64,000 nucleotides of DNA from positions 1,288 through 65,287 of the forward strand of contig CAZTWV010000014.1 of the NCBI GenBank assembly GCA_964618295.1, read 5' to 3'. Under the pieces are notes generated by a model. The model was not told where the DNA came from, did no database searches, and saw only the letters and a list, made by a program, of their open reading frames with translations. This document shows positions 9,853 to 19,471 of this stretch, piece after piece (the stretch's first letter is position 1; each line of letters opens with the position of its first letter). The position numbers and the translations under genes are program-made. The stretch comes from an uncultured Anaerolineales bacterium. GTDB lineage: Bacteria > Chloroflexota > Anaerolineae > Anaerolineales > UBA11858.

Positions 9853-10188
9853 ATGGGGGAACACCTTTCTTCTGATTTTTCCTATCTGGTACTGGGTGCT
9901 TTATTGGATCAGCCTGTTGGACGCACAGGTTCTTTTGAAATATTTACCGATGTCTTGATTCAGTCTGGACAGCTATGGTGGCATTCGGAAAATCAAACCT
10001 ATGCCCAGGATTCGCTGCACAACAGTATCGAATGCTTGATTATGAATATCCTGGAAGAATTCCAGGCTGTTGAGCTGGAATACCGGATTGTTGATCATGG
10101 GAGATACACTACCCAAGATCTGCGGTCTTTTACTATCACCTTGTTGAGAGCGGGGCTTCTGGAGGCAATTTCTGGTGGAGTGTATTAA
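9853..10188 (+). CDS. hypothetical protein (island cargo; possibly the 3' part of a frameshifted gene starting near 9741)
   Basis: ORF only. An upstream ORF from the ATG at 9741 ends just after a G-run (gcgggggatggggga) in another frame. Confidence 0.3.
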   Translation: MGEHLSSDFSYLVLGALLDQPVGRTGSFEIFTDVLIQSGQLWWHSENQTYAQDSLHNSIECLIMNILEEFQAVELEYRIVDHGRYTTQDLRSFTITLLRAGLLEAISGGVY

Positions 10189-10379
10189 TAACCAACGAGA
10201 TCTCACAGATAGGTATTAATAGGTTCTTTGTCTGCCATGAAGTATTGGCTTTCTCCTTTTCCCCGCTCAAAAAATGGTTGAGAGGAGTTGTCCAATCATT
10301 TTGGCACAGATGGGTAAGGATTGTATATTCCTCTAATTACTCGCAATCAAATCAACTTAGCATGCAGGGCGGTACTTAA

Positions 10380-11336
10380 TCAATTCCGAGCCTGATTCAC
10401 ATTCATGATTTTCCACAGCAGCGCGGGGTGTTGGGACAATCGCTCAGCCTCCAAGATACTTTTTGGAAATAGCAGCTCCAATTGCAGACGCCCCTCTGCT
10501 ACACCATTAACATAATCCTGTTCAGCAGTGGAGAGTTTCAGGAATGGCGCGATAAACTTATAGGCACGCTGGAGCACAGTCTCAACTTCCACCTGGTTGT
10601 CCACGGTCAGCATGGGGAGAAGTCCCATCTCGATTGATAGAGGATCTAACCGGCTTTTTATCCTGTCAATTGAATAGGTTGATAGGGGATGATCAAGGAT
10701 GGCGGAAAAGGCAATGAACATAGCGCGAAAATCACGAGAATGCAGCAGCTCCGGAGTGCTCCTGGAGACCTGGCCGATATCCCAGACATCTCTAGCTGCT
10801 GACCGGTCGATTGCAGCCAGGAATTTCCCAACGAATAACTCAATTGGCCCCACGGTCATTACGCGAGGGTGGAGGATTTCTCCAGGCTGCCAGAGCTCCC
10901 TGGCCCCGGCAGGATCCAGCGGTAAGCGAAAGATATAGTTAAGGTCAATCTCTACTCGATCGATAGGGCCTAAAACGGACTGGTATTGGCAGAAGATCTT
11001 TCGTCCTGCAAAAGTGTCCGGAGATTGTTGAGCAACATAGCCCTTCCTTTCCGCAAGGACGATCAGTACATTTTCATACAATGGCCTTTCTTTGATCATC
11101 TGGTCCCGATCAATGCTTCCCACATAATTGAAATCAAGATCAACCGAAAGCCTGCTCGGAGGACCAAACCCTAGATTGAGCGCAGTTCCACCTTTTAGCA
11201 CTAAGCCTTTTCCCAGAAGGGGGTGGCGGGTAATGTCGCCGGCTAGATCCCCAAGCCTGATCACCTTCTTCAGGGAGGAAGCCTGATAGCCCGTCTGGGA
11301 TGCTGCGCTTTCGATAAACTCTTGACTAGGTATCAT
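10380..11336 (-). CDS. nucleotidyltransferase AbiEii/AbiGii-family toxin (type IV TA system)
   Basis: The N-terminal segment GKGLVLKGGTALNLGFGPPSRLSVDLDFNY matches the AbiEii (DUF1814) NTase signature (LKGGTAL ... S.DiDf). It overlaps the upstream AbiEi gene by 11 nt. Confidence 0.8.
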   Translation of the reverse strand: MIPSQEFIESAASQTGYQASSLKKVIRLGDLAGDITRHPLLGKGLVLKGGTALNLGFGPPSRLSVDLDFNYVGSIDRDQMIKERPLYENVLIVLAERKGYVAQQSPDTFAGRKIFCQYQSVLGPIDRVEIDLNYIFRLPLDPAGARELWQPGEILHPRVMTVGPIELFVGKFLAAIDRSAARDVWDIGQVSRSTPELLHSRDFRAMFIAFSAILDHPLSTYSIDRIKSRLDPLSIEMGLLPMLTVDNQVEVETVLQRAYKFIAPFLKLSTAEQDYVNGVAEGRLQLELLFPKSILEAERLSQHPALLWKIMNVNQARN

Positions 11337-12138
11337 CTAGTCCCCCGATGTAGATGATCTCCTCTGGCAGGATCAAGTTCCAGCGTTGAAACAAAGTTCC
11401 TTCCCGCTGATTGCGAAGTACATATTGTGGAGACCGAGGGCAGTGGTTTTCGAGCCCAGCAAGAAACCGATCTGAAACGTGAAAAGTATTCTGATACCTT
11501 TCTAAAAACCATCCCACGCCCGCGTACAGCTTACGGGCAGCATAGATCTCCAGTATCTCAAGAAGCAAACTTAGGTCAAGCACAGGAAATCCGCTAGCAG
11601 AGACAATCAGCTCTTCGAGTCCTCCGGCATAATCAGGATTACGGAACCCCTCGATAAGTGTACGCTCCGGGCCCGTCACGTGAAGCCACCTGCCTCGCCT
11701 CTCAACTTTTTGAGTACCTGTGTCCAGGGCATTTTTCTCGCGAAACGGCTTGGGATGAACCAGGAACTTGATAGAGGTCCCTTTTAGGGATATAGGGCGC
11801 CTACGGGAGTCGACGAACAGCGTATGTGCACTCCAGGCAGAATGGGCAGCCCCAAGAAGCTGTAAGGCGCTGTGGTAGGCAAATATACCCTGAGGACGGG
11901 CAGCAGCTGCCACCAGGAAGGAATCTGGGTTGAAGTTGTCAGCCGACGCACCGGGTGGTACAACGGCATAGAGCTCCCTGCCCAGGTTCTTTAGCCTACC
12001 GGTTAGGAGGTGATGCTTCAGGCGTTCTGACACACTTGACTTGCTATCTGTAGGCGCCAGATACTCGACTGCTTCCTCCAGTGAAAAAACCGGATAGGTC
12101 AGAAAAAATTCGGTAGTTAGTTTACGTTTTGTGTTCAT
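11326..12138 (-). CDS. AbiEi-family antitoxin / transcriptional regulator (type IV TA system)
   Basis: N-terminal wHTH-like segment (FSLEEAVEYL ... LKHHLLTGRLKNLGRELYAV). Size and position immediately upstream of the AbiEii gene are typical of AbiEi. Confidence 0.7.
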   Translation of the reverse strand: MNTKRKLTTEFFLTYPVFSLEEAVEYLAPTDSKSSVSERLKHHLLTGRLKNLGRELYAVVPPGASADNFNPDSFLVAAAARPQGIFAYHSALQLLGAAHSAWSAHTLFVDSRRRPISLKGTSIKFLVHPKPFREKNALDTGTQKVERRGRWLHVTGPERTLIEGFRNPDYAGGLEELIVSASGFPVLDLSLLLEILEIYAARKLYAGVGWFLERYQNTFHVSDRFLAGLENHCPRSPQYVLRNQREGTLFQRWNLILPEEIIYIGGLDDT

Positions 12139-12481
12139 ATGGGGGGTATTATCCCCTGTAATGACTCAAAATGTCAAGTGTTTTCGATATTTTCTGGCTT
12201 TTCACCAAATGGTGAAAACATAGTTATGAGTGAAAATGTGCGGGAATTTGTCGCTTGGATCCTTCAGCTTCTGATCATAAAAACCAACGCTCATGAACAG
12301 GACCACTTATTTCACATCGATAATGATCAGAGGTGCCAGGACGAAAATCATCGTGTTGACCACTACAGCCTCGAACTTGGCTTGTCTGCTGATCTCAAGG
12401 ATCCGGTTGGACATCCGTTGACGGAGCATGCGGGCCATGGTTTGCAAGGTGCTGACCTATCCGTAATAAAAGTCTAGGCAT

Positions 12482-12879
12482 GTAACACCCAGGTTGAGAA
12501 ATTCCTTCTGGGTGGTCTTAATGCTGGCATGCCCCAGCAGGTTACTGATCTGAGCAATAGGGCCCCCGGCTCTACGACCCAGCTCAGCATACTACGTCCC
12601 CTTGAGGTCATTGGGCTGCAAATCTTGTTTACCAATTATTTTCCCCTACTTCTGGATGATATTGTAGAGGGTAGTGGTGATGATGTTTTCTCCAGGCACC
12701 TTATTTCTGCCTAAACTCCGCAGTACAAATTCTTTCGGTCCAATCAGAAAAAGCCTTTTGATAATCGCATCGCCCAGACGATCGTTGATGGGGAGTTTGA
12801 GGTGCCGGATTTTCCTTTTGCTGAGTAAGACTGAAAAAGATAAATAGACTGTGATTAACAAAACGGAGAGGGAAGGCAT
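12482..12879 (-). pseudogene. tyrosine recombinase/integrase remnant (catalytic-domain fragment with stops and mutated active site)
   Basis: The minus-strand translation reads ...SKRKIRHLKLPINDRLGDAIIKRL...IIQK*GKIIGKQDLQPNDLKGT*YAELGRRAGGPIAQISNLLGHASIKTTQKEFL. The LLGHxSIxTT box II region is recognisable. The HxLRHT motif is degraded to NDLKGT followed by a stop. Confidence 0.7.
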
Positions 12880-12924
12880 AAAATGCTTTCCCCTTTTTAA
12901 GGTACAAGTTTTGGTAAAACCTCT

Positions 12925-12940
12925 ATCCTGCCGGGCCCAT
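12925..12940. repeat. attR-like direct repeat
   Basis: Exact copy of tRNA-Met 3' end 8823..8838. The next bases (gtaaaaaca versus aaaaaaca) are also similar. Confidence 0.75.
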
Positions 12941-13266
12941 GTAAAAACAGCAAATTGCGAGAAGTGAAAAGTTAGCAGTGTTGCAATTGGTACTTCTGTC
13001 TGTATATTAATAATGACGGCTTCCAGCGAGGAGCCGTTTTTGCTTAACAGGGTAACGTAATCCTGTGGGGATCACGGTTCCTGCTTTATGGATTTCCGCT
13101 GTTCCAGGCTGCTGACTGGATTAAAATAAGTTAAAACAATACCAGATACACAGGTAAATTTTTGATCTTCAACCTTATACTGTCTGATAGAATAAATTAA
13201 AAGCAATCTTTCAACACCATAATTCTTGTCAAGCAATTTATAAGTAACCCTGTTAAGGAGGATCCA

Positions 13267-14655
13267 ATGAGACGAGCTCGGTCCCGTTATCCCTTATTCG
13301 CTATCTCGGCACTGCTGGTTGCCATTATGGCCTGTAATTTGCCGGGAGACTTCGGCAGCAGCTCTTTGAGTGAAGCCCAAATTACCCAAACGTACCAATC
13401 TGTGGAAACGTCTATTGCCCAGACGCTGGAGAGTGTTGACAGCGAGGAGCCGGAAAATACCGCAGAAGCACCTGAAGAACTTGATACTGCGACCCCTGAA
13501 CCGGAGCCGTCCCCGACGATTGAGCATTTGGTCCAACCCGGGGAGCCCGGAAATCCAAATACCTGGGTCACTGATAATTCCACCAAATCCAAGGCGGCCT
13601 CCAAAAGCACTGGAGCTGATCTTTTCAACACCAATATTTTGGAACGGCCTTTCACTTCAGAAGTAATGGATTATCAAGCCCACCTGGACCTGGCACGGGT
13701 CAACCTGAGTGCGTCTTCTCCCTGGATCTATATCACGTTTGTTTTAGAGGGAGCTCCACCGGAGGACTCTGAGGCCGTTTACGCCCTGGAGATTGATCTG
13801 GAAAGCGACGGTCGGGGGGATTGGCTGCTGCTGGGAAAGGTCCCGGCAGGTACGGAATGGACCACCGCAGGAGCCCAGGCCTTTAAGGATGATAACGAGG
13901 ACGTGGGCGGATACTCCCCTATGAATGCCGAGAACCCCAACGCCAGCCGGGATGGGTATGAGACCCTGGCATTTGAGGATTACTTTGGCAGTGATCCGGA
14001 TACGGTCTGGATTCGGCGCGATCCCGGCAGTTCCAACCAGGTGCAGCTGGCTTTCAAGCACAGCCTGATCGGCAATGACAAGTCTTTTGCCTTTGGCGGC
14101 TGGGCAGATGAGGGGCTGCGGGATCCCGGAGCTTTTGACTACAACGACTCCATGACCTTTGACCAGGCAGGCTCGGCCTATGCTGAAAGCAGTAAATATC
14201 CCATCAAGGAGCTGGCATCGGTCGATAACACCTGCCGCTGGACCTACGGATATGAACCCACCACCAGTTTCCCGGGTCTCTGTCCGCTTCCCGCGACACC
14301 AACGCCTACCCCCAGTCCCACTCCGGAGCCCCTCCCGGGTTCGCTTTCCGGCGGTGTTTTTAATGACTATAACGGCAATGGTGTCCGGAACGGCGGCGAA
14401 CCAGGTATTTCCGGATTTCAAGTCAGACTCGGAAAGGGCGCCTGTGGATCCACAGGATTGGCCAATACCAGCACGGCCGGCAACGGCAGTTTCTCCTTTA
14501 ATAATCTGGAAGCCGGGACGTACTGTGTTTCTGTCAATGTCACCACCACCTGCGGCGGCTGGATAGCTACAACGGCTACCCAGCGGACTGTCACCGTCCG
14601 GGCGGGAGAGAATACAGTAGTAGCCTGGTTCGGATACGCGGTTTATGTTTGCTGA
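13267..14655 (+). CDS. secreted/lipid-anchored protein with PT-rich linker and C-terminal SdrD-B/Cna-B-like (carboxypeptidase-regulatory-like) domain
   Basis: RBS aaggagg is present. The signal peptide ends in AIMACN. A PATPTPTPSPTPEP linker follows, then GGVFNDYNGNGVRNGGEPGISGFQVRL...GSFSFNNLEAGTYCVSV, typical of SdrD B-like repeats. Confidence 0.65.
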   Translation: MRRARSRYPLFAISALLVAIMACNLPGDFGSSSLSEAQITQTYQSVETSIAQTLESVDSEEPENTAEAPEELDTATPEPEPSPTIEHLVQPGEPGNPNTWVTDNSTKSKAASKSTGADLFNTNILERPFTSEVMDYQAHLDLARVNLSASSPWIYITFVLEGAPPEDSEAVYALEIDLESDGRGDWLLLGKVPAGTEWTTAGAQAFKDDNEDVGGYSPMNAENPNASRDGYETLAFEDYFGSDPDTVWIRRDPGSSNQVQLAFKHSLIGNDKSFAFGGWADEGLRDPGAFDYNDSMTFDQAGSAYAESSKYPIKELASVDNTCRWTYGYEPTTSFPGLCPLPATPTPTPSPTPEPLPGSLSGGVFNDYNGNGVRNGGEPGISGFQVRLGKGACGSTGLANTSTAGNGSFSFNNLEAGTYCVSVNVTTTCGGWIATTATQRTVTVRAGENTVVAWFGYAVYVC

Positions 14656-14724
14656 AAATTTTTACCGTTCTGGTGGGTAAGAGGAGATAAAATTCAGACT
14701 TTCTTTGGATAAAAATTGTGCTAG

Positions 14725-14763
14725 AAAGGGTACCCGGGATCATTCCCGGTGCCCTTTTTTTTT
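14725..14763 (+). terminator. Rho-independent terminator
   Basis: aaagggtacccggga-tcat-tcccggtgcccttt followed by a T9 run. Confidence 0.65.
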
Positions 14764-14992
14764 GCTGCAACCCGGCTCCTTTTTGGTTTGAAATCTACTG
14801 GTTTTGAGAAAACATGAGGGTCGCAAAGAAATTGATACAAAAATCCAGGTCGGTTTTGCCTTTTAGATTGTGACCATAAATAACTGGTGTTGTCTCATGA
14901 TCCGCAGACTGCAGGTTTAAGAAAATTTGTATAATCAGAAGTACACTTGAGTTTTGAAACTACATGATATTCCCATATATTTAGAGGTGTTT

Positions 14993-15796
14993 ATGAGTTT
15001 GATCACTATTTTTGGCCGGCTGCATCCCAGGCTGAGAGCTTTTTTCTTTAAATATTGGTATCAAATCCTCCCCAGGATCTCCCGGCGAGCGGATTGGAAG
15101 TTTATGAATTATGGGTTTGAGGAGCTTTCGGATCAGGAACAGGTTCTCCAGTTAGCCCCCGACGATGAGCGGAATCGCCTGTTCATTCAGCTCTACCACC
15201 ATGTGGTAAATGCAATTGACCTGCAGAGGACAAAAGCTCTTGAGATTGGCTCCGGACGCGGCGGTGGGGCAGAGTATGTGATGCGCTACCTGAAGCCTGA
15301 AAGTCTGGTGGGTGTGGACCTGTCAGAAAGCGCCGTCAAATTTTGCAGAAAGATGTATGCTCTGGATGGATTGACCTTTGAAACAGGGAATGCTGAATCT
15401 CTTCCCTTTCCGGCGAATCAATTTGATGTGGTAATCAACGTGGAGTCCTCCCACTGTTATGGATCCGTGGAAAGATTTTTTGCAGAAGTCTGGCGCGTCC
15501 TCCAGGATGGTGGGCATTTTCTCCTGGCTGATTTTCGGAGATCAAAGTCGCTGAATATATTAAGAGAACAGTTGAAGAAACCCGGTTTCCAATTGATCCA
15601 GGAAATCGACATCACTCCAAATATCCTGCAGGCCCTCAAGAGCGGGCAGATGGACAGGAAGGCATTTGTAAGTCAAGCTGTCCCCGGTCCGCTGAACCGG
15701 TTGGCCCATCAATTTGCCGGTACACCCGGATCCAAGATTTTTGAGCGGTTTAGAACCCGAGAAACCCGCTACCATAGTTTTGTGCTGAAAAAATAG
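14993..15796 (+). CDS. class I SAM-dependent methyltransferase
   Basis: SAM motif I LEIGSGRGGGAEYV, then VGVDLSE and FDVVINVES. The start is set at the ATG at 14993, preceded by gaggtg (the ORF track starts at 14954). Confidence 0.8.
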   Translation: MSLITIFGRLHPRLRAFFFKYWYQILPRISRRADWKFMNYGFEELSDQEQVLQLAPDDERNRLFIQLYHHVVNAIDLQRTKALEIGSGRGGGAEYVMRYLKPESLVGVDLSESAVKFCRKMYALDGLTFETGNAESLPFPANQFDVVINVESSHCYGSVERFFAEVWRVLQDGGHFLLADFRRSKSLNILREQLKKPGFQLIQEIDITPNILQALKSGQMDRKAFVSQAVPGPLNRLAHQFAGTPGSKIFERFRTRETRYHSFVLKK

Positions 15797-15960
15797 GAGT
15801 ATCTTAGAAGAATTTTCCCTTGATTCCTTTGACTTTCTGGTGAAAGAATGCGGGGATCTTGCAAGGTTCCTGTTCTTTGCCTTTAATGATAAAACTCTGT
15901 AAGGTCGTGATTGAATAAAGGCATTAAAATAGAAGCTAATATTTTGTCAGGAGAAAATGC

Positions 15961-17508
15961 TTGCACTTGCAGTTTGTGATTGGAAATTTACTTGCTTTCG
16001 TGGCCAGCGGCTTTATGCTGCTGCTGGCGCTGATTTCCTACCACGAATTCCGGCGTGCCCCCGGGGTGACCGCCTTTTCACTGGTGATGGCCTCGGTCTC
16101 GCTCTGGTCTGTTTCGATTGGGATCGGGATGCTGCAGCCGACTTTCGAGGAAGCCTGGTTTTGGATTATCCTCCGCATGGTGGGGGTCTTTTTGACCCCG
16201 ATTTTCTGGTTAATTTTTTCTCTTCAGTTTTCAGATAACTCGATTTCCCGTCGGCAGGGTATCCTTTTGGGAATAGTTCCCTTCATTTCCCTGCTGCTTT
16301 TGATTACCAGTGGAAGCCAGGATTTATTCTTAAGAAAAATTGAATACTCGCAGTCCGGCCGCTTTCTGATTGATGTGACCTGGCATCTCGGTCCGCTGTT
16401 CTGGGTCCATTTTGTATATTCTTATCTGTTGATTCTAAGTGGATCTTTTTTGATTCTCCGTCAGGCCTACCGCTATCGAAATTTTTTCCGTCGCCAGGCA
16501 GCTGGTTTGGTGGTAGGCGCCACAGCCCCCCTGATTGTCAACTTCAGTTATGCCCTGCATCTGATCCCGGATCTGAAAATTAATTATGATCCAGTGGGCT
16601 TTGTGATTTCCGGTATTGCGCTTTCCTACAGTATGTACGGCTTGGGATTATTTGATTTGACCCCGATTGCCCAGCAGTACCTGACAGACAGCATGCGGGA
16701 CGGAATGCTGGTGCTGGACATCAAAAACAGGGTGGTTGAAATCAATCCCTCTGCGGAGAGATTTCTTAATCTCGAGGAGGAGGCTGTCCTGGGTGAAGAA
16801 CTTCCTGGCGGCTCCCCTTTGCTTGATCGGCTGAAATATTTTCTAGCAAGCTACACCAGTGGGGAAGAAGTGATTGAAACCGGGAAGGTGGATGTTGATC
16901 CTTCCTACCGGGTTGAGCTGTCACGGGTCCAGTCGGGAGTCCGGGATCTGGGTAAGCTGGTGATACTGCGTGATATCAGCACCCAGCGTCGTTTAGAAAG
17001 AGATTTATGGAAAGCTGCGGTCCACGATCATTTGACCGGGGTCTATAATCGGCGCTATGCTGTCGAGGTAGGAAAGCGTGAGATCCAGCGCTCCCTGCGG
17101 CACGGACATACGCTGGCGTTGATCTTGTTCGATCTTGATGGATTTAAAGAGGTGAATGATCAGCTCGGTCATCAAACTGGGGACCGTGTTTTACAAGAAG
17201 CTGCCCAGGCCTGTCAGAAAGTGCTCCGGGATGAAGATGTGCTGGCCCGCTACGGCGGAGATGAATTTGTTGTTCTTTCACTGGACACCGACCAGATTGG
17301 TGCTGTCAGACTGGCTGAACGGCTGCGGACTGCAGTTGAGGATCTCCAGCGGGACATTACAGCCAGCTTTGGGGTTGTGGCTCTCACCAGGGAGGGGGGT
17401 GATACGCTGGAAAAAATGATCAAGCAGGCTGATCAAGCTCTTTACCGCTCAAAAAGGGGAGGGGGAAATCAATTAACGGCCTGGGTACCGGGACTGAATC
17501 AGAGCTGA
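15961..17508 (+). CDS. diguanylate cyclase with N-terminal 7TM sensor region and PAS-like linker (GGDEF)
   Basis: About 7 hydrophobic helices are followed by the C-terminal GGDEF domain (DHLTGVYNRR ... LFDLDGFKEVNDQLGHQTGD ... RYGGDEFVV). TTG start with aggag RBS. Confidence 0.85.
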   Translation: MHLQFVIGNLLAFVASGFMLLLALISYHEFRRAPGVTAFSLVMASVSLWSVSIGIGMLQPTFEEAWFWIILRMVGVFLTPIFWLIFSLQFSDNSISRRQGILLGIVPFISLLLLITSGSQDLFLRKIEYSQSGRFLIDVTWHLGPLFWVHFVYSYLLILSGSFLILRQAYRYRNFFRRQAAGLVVGATAPLIVNFSYALHLIPDLKINYDPVGFVISGIALSYSMYGLGLFDLTPIAQQYLTDSMRDGMLVLDIKNRVVEINPSAERFLNLEEEAVLGEELPGGSPLLDRLKYFLASYTSGEEVIETGKVDVDPSYRVELSRVQSGVRDLGKLVILRDISTQRRLERDLWKAAVHDHLTGVYNRRYAVEVGKREIQRSLRHGHTLALILFDLDGFKEVNDQLGHQTGDRVLQEAAQACQKVLRDEDVLARYGGDEFVVLSLDTDQIGAVRLAERLRTAVEDLQRDITASFGVVALTREGGDTLEKMIKQADQALYRSKRGGGNQLTAWVPGLNQS

Positions 17509-17618
17509 TTTTTAGCCAACGAGGTGTTCCCTGATACTTGAAATTTGATCTCCTTCTTCTTTTCCCAATTAATATCTTATATAATCAACCCAGATGATGA
17601 TAGTTCAGGAGGAAAGGA

Positions 17619-17783
17619 ATGAAAAAGCCGGAGAACAGCTGGTTTTTTGGGATTCTGCTCGGAGTGGGGGTAGGAACAGCACTGACAATTTCCCTCGATA
17701 ATCTGGCAGTTGGAATTGCGGTAGGGGTTGGTGTTGCGGTTCCTTTTATCGCGGGACTGCGCCGCAGGAATCAAGATGATTAA
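17619..17783 (+). CDS. small (54 aa) glycine-zipper membrane protein
   Basis: Below the ORF-track cutoff. RBS aggagga lies 7 nt upstream of the ATG. It encodes MKKPENSWFFGILLGVGVGTALTISLDNLAVGIAVGVGVAVPFIAGLRRRNQDD. Confidence 0.45.
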   Translation: MKKPENSWFFGILLGVGVGTALTISLDNLAVGIAVGVGVAVPFIAGLRRRNQDD

Positions 17784-17800
17784 GTTATCTGAATGGGAAT

Positions 17801-18997
17801 TTAAGGTTGATCTTTGTCTGTAGCGGTCAGCCGGGCTGCAGTGACGGTGTTTCCCCCCAGTTCTTTTCCTTCATATAAAGCCCGATCAGCCCGGATCAGA
17901 GTTTCATCGAATGTTTCCTCAGTAGGCCGGTACATTGCGACGCCGATGCTGGCGGTAATAGTCCAGTCCACTTCCGGGAGCGAGAGGAATTCAATTTCCT
18001 TTCGGAGCCGCTCAGCAACATTCATGGCGGATTTAAGGTGGGTATTGGACATCACGGTGATAAATTCCTCCCCCCCGTAGCGAGCTGTGATATCGCACTT
18101 GCGGGTGGCGTGGATCAAACGATCGGCTATCGCTTTCAGAACCCGATCCCCGGCATCGTGTCCCAGGGTGTCGTTCACTTTTTTAAATTTATCAATGTCA
18201 ATGATAGCTATCGAGAGATCAGTCCGGTAGCGTTTGCTTTGTTCTACGAGCACTGTAACGTATTCAAAAAATGCCCGGCGGTTGTGCGCACCGGTCAGGG
18301 CGTCCCGGGAGCTGAGAAATTGAAGCTCCTGGTTGCGCTGGCTGAGTTCACCCCGCAGAAGTAAGTTTTCTGAGCGCTGATCTTCCAGACTCCAGGCAAT
18401 CCAGATCGCCAGGGTGGCGTAAATGATCACTGCCAGAAGGATCTGAACGTTTACCTCATAATCCGCCAGGCTTAACACCAGCAGAGTAACCAGGGTGGAG
18501 AGGGAGATAAATCCAATTTGAGCTGTTTTTCCCAGCCGAAAACCAATCGCGATCAAAAATATCCCGACCAGGAAAACCGAGGTGTCATTTCCGGCCCTAA
18601 GATCCAGTAAGGTCAGCGAGGTGGTCACACTGATCAAAATTAAACCGATCAAATGGTTAAAGCCTATCTGGAGCGGTACACGCAAATTCTCGATAAAGGA
18701 TTGAGAAAAAATCCCGATCAGTCCTGCGGCAGAGCCGATAAAAATAAACGCTCCCAGATAGAGCTGCCAGAGCTGTGTATCTTCCGGCACAGCAGGAGCG
18801 GTGAGATGCTGGATGGTGAGAGCCACTCCGGAAAGAAACATGAGCAGAGAAAGCAGCGAGATATTTGTCCTGGTGTCTTTCAGGCGGTCTTCAAGAAGTA
18901 ATTTTTTTAAGTGTTCAGGAAGGGATTGTTCCTGTTTCCAGGAAAGCAGCTCATCCATTTCTTGCCTTGGGATTAATCTGTCCTTTTGAAAAGGCAA
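17801..18997 (-). CDS. membrane-bound diguanylate cyclase (GGDEF)
   Basis: An N-terminal multi-TM region is followed by a coiled coil and then the GGDEF domain (DALTGAHNRR ... IDIDKFKKVNDTLGHDAGD ... RYGGEEFITV). The start is uncertain (TTG at 18997 or ATG at 18958). Confidence 0.85.
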   Translation of the reverse strand: MPFQKDRLIPRQEMDELLSWKQEQSLPEHLKKLLLEDRLKDTRTNISLLSLLMFLSGVALTIQHLTAPAVPEDTQLWQLYLGAFIFIGSAAGLIGIFSQSFIENLRVPLQIGFNHLIGLILISVTTSLTLLDLRAGNDTSVFLVGIFLIAIGFRLGKTAQIGFISLSTLVTLLVLSLADYEVNVQILLAVIIYATLAIWIAWSLEDQRSENLLLRGELSQRNQELQFLSSRDALTGAHNRRAFFEYVTVLVEQSKRYRTDLSIAIIDIDKFKKVNDTLGHDAGDRVLKAIADRLIHATRKCDITARYGGEEFITVMSNTHLKSAMNVAERLRKEIEFLSLPEVDWTITASIGVAMYRPTEETFDETLIRADRALYEGKELGGNTVTAARLTATDKDQP

Positions 18998-19471
18998 CTA
19001 CCATTCTTTTGGGCTCAGCAATAATCATTGGGGGTTCTTAGGCTGGATTTTACCATACGGAAGGAGCCCATGTGAAATCTTCCGGTTCACCCCTGGCCTC
19101 AATTTTTTTCCTTGAAATAGCAGATTACCCATCCCAGCTTTGCATTTCTGTTGGTTCGGGAGAATAGTTCTGTCCAGGTTTGATAATTTTGTCAGCAGGT
19201 GGGTTAGTAGGATTTTTTAAGAATATTTGGGGGGTATAATGCCTGTAGACTGGTAATCCATCCTGTTTTCCAGGTTTAAGACTCAAAACTAGGACAGATA
19301 TCCAGGTGTTATAGATTAAGACCGTGTTAGAATTAATGATTGATTGTTAGACGATAATCAAAGTTCTCATTTCCTGATGCGGATGCTGACAGCGCAGGAT
19401 TTTTTGATGTGTCCGTGATTACCGGCGAACCGGCTTGTTGTCCAGGTCCCGGGTTGTGAGGAGAAGGTCTC

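Larger units (their letters stand above)
8823..12940. mobile_element. tRNA-Met-integrated genomic island (~4.1 kb) carrying AbiE toxin-antitoxin and a decayed integrase
   Basis: 16-bp perfect direct repeats lie at both ends, one inside the tRNA 3' end. The interior is visibly AT-richer (sampled lines ~42% GC versus ~60% in flanks). A tyrosine recombinase remnant lies next to the distal repeat. Confidence 0.7.

Noticed and set aside
12139-12477. 112-aa plus-strand ORF between abiEi and the integrase remnant.
   Set aside because: It has no RBS and an odd composition, and it lies in the decayed part of the island. The opposite strand shows short fragments contiguous with the integrase remnant, so this is probably non-coding debris.
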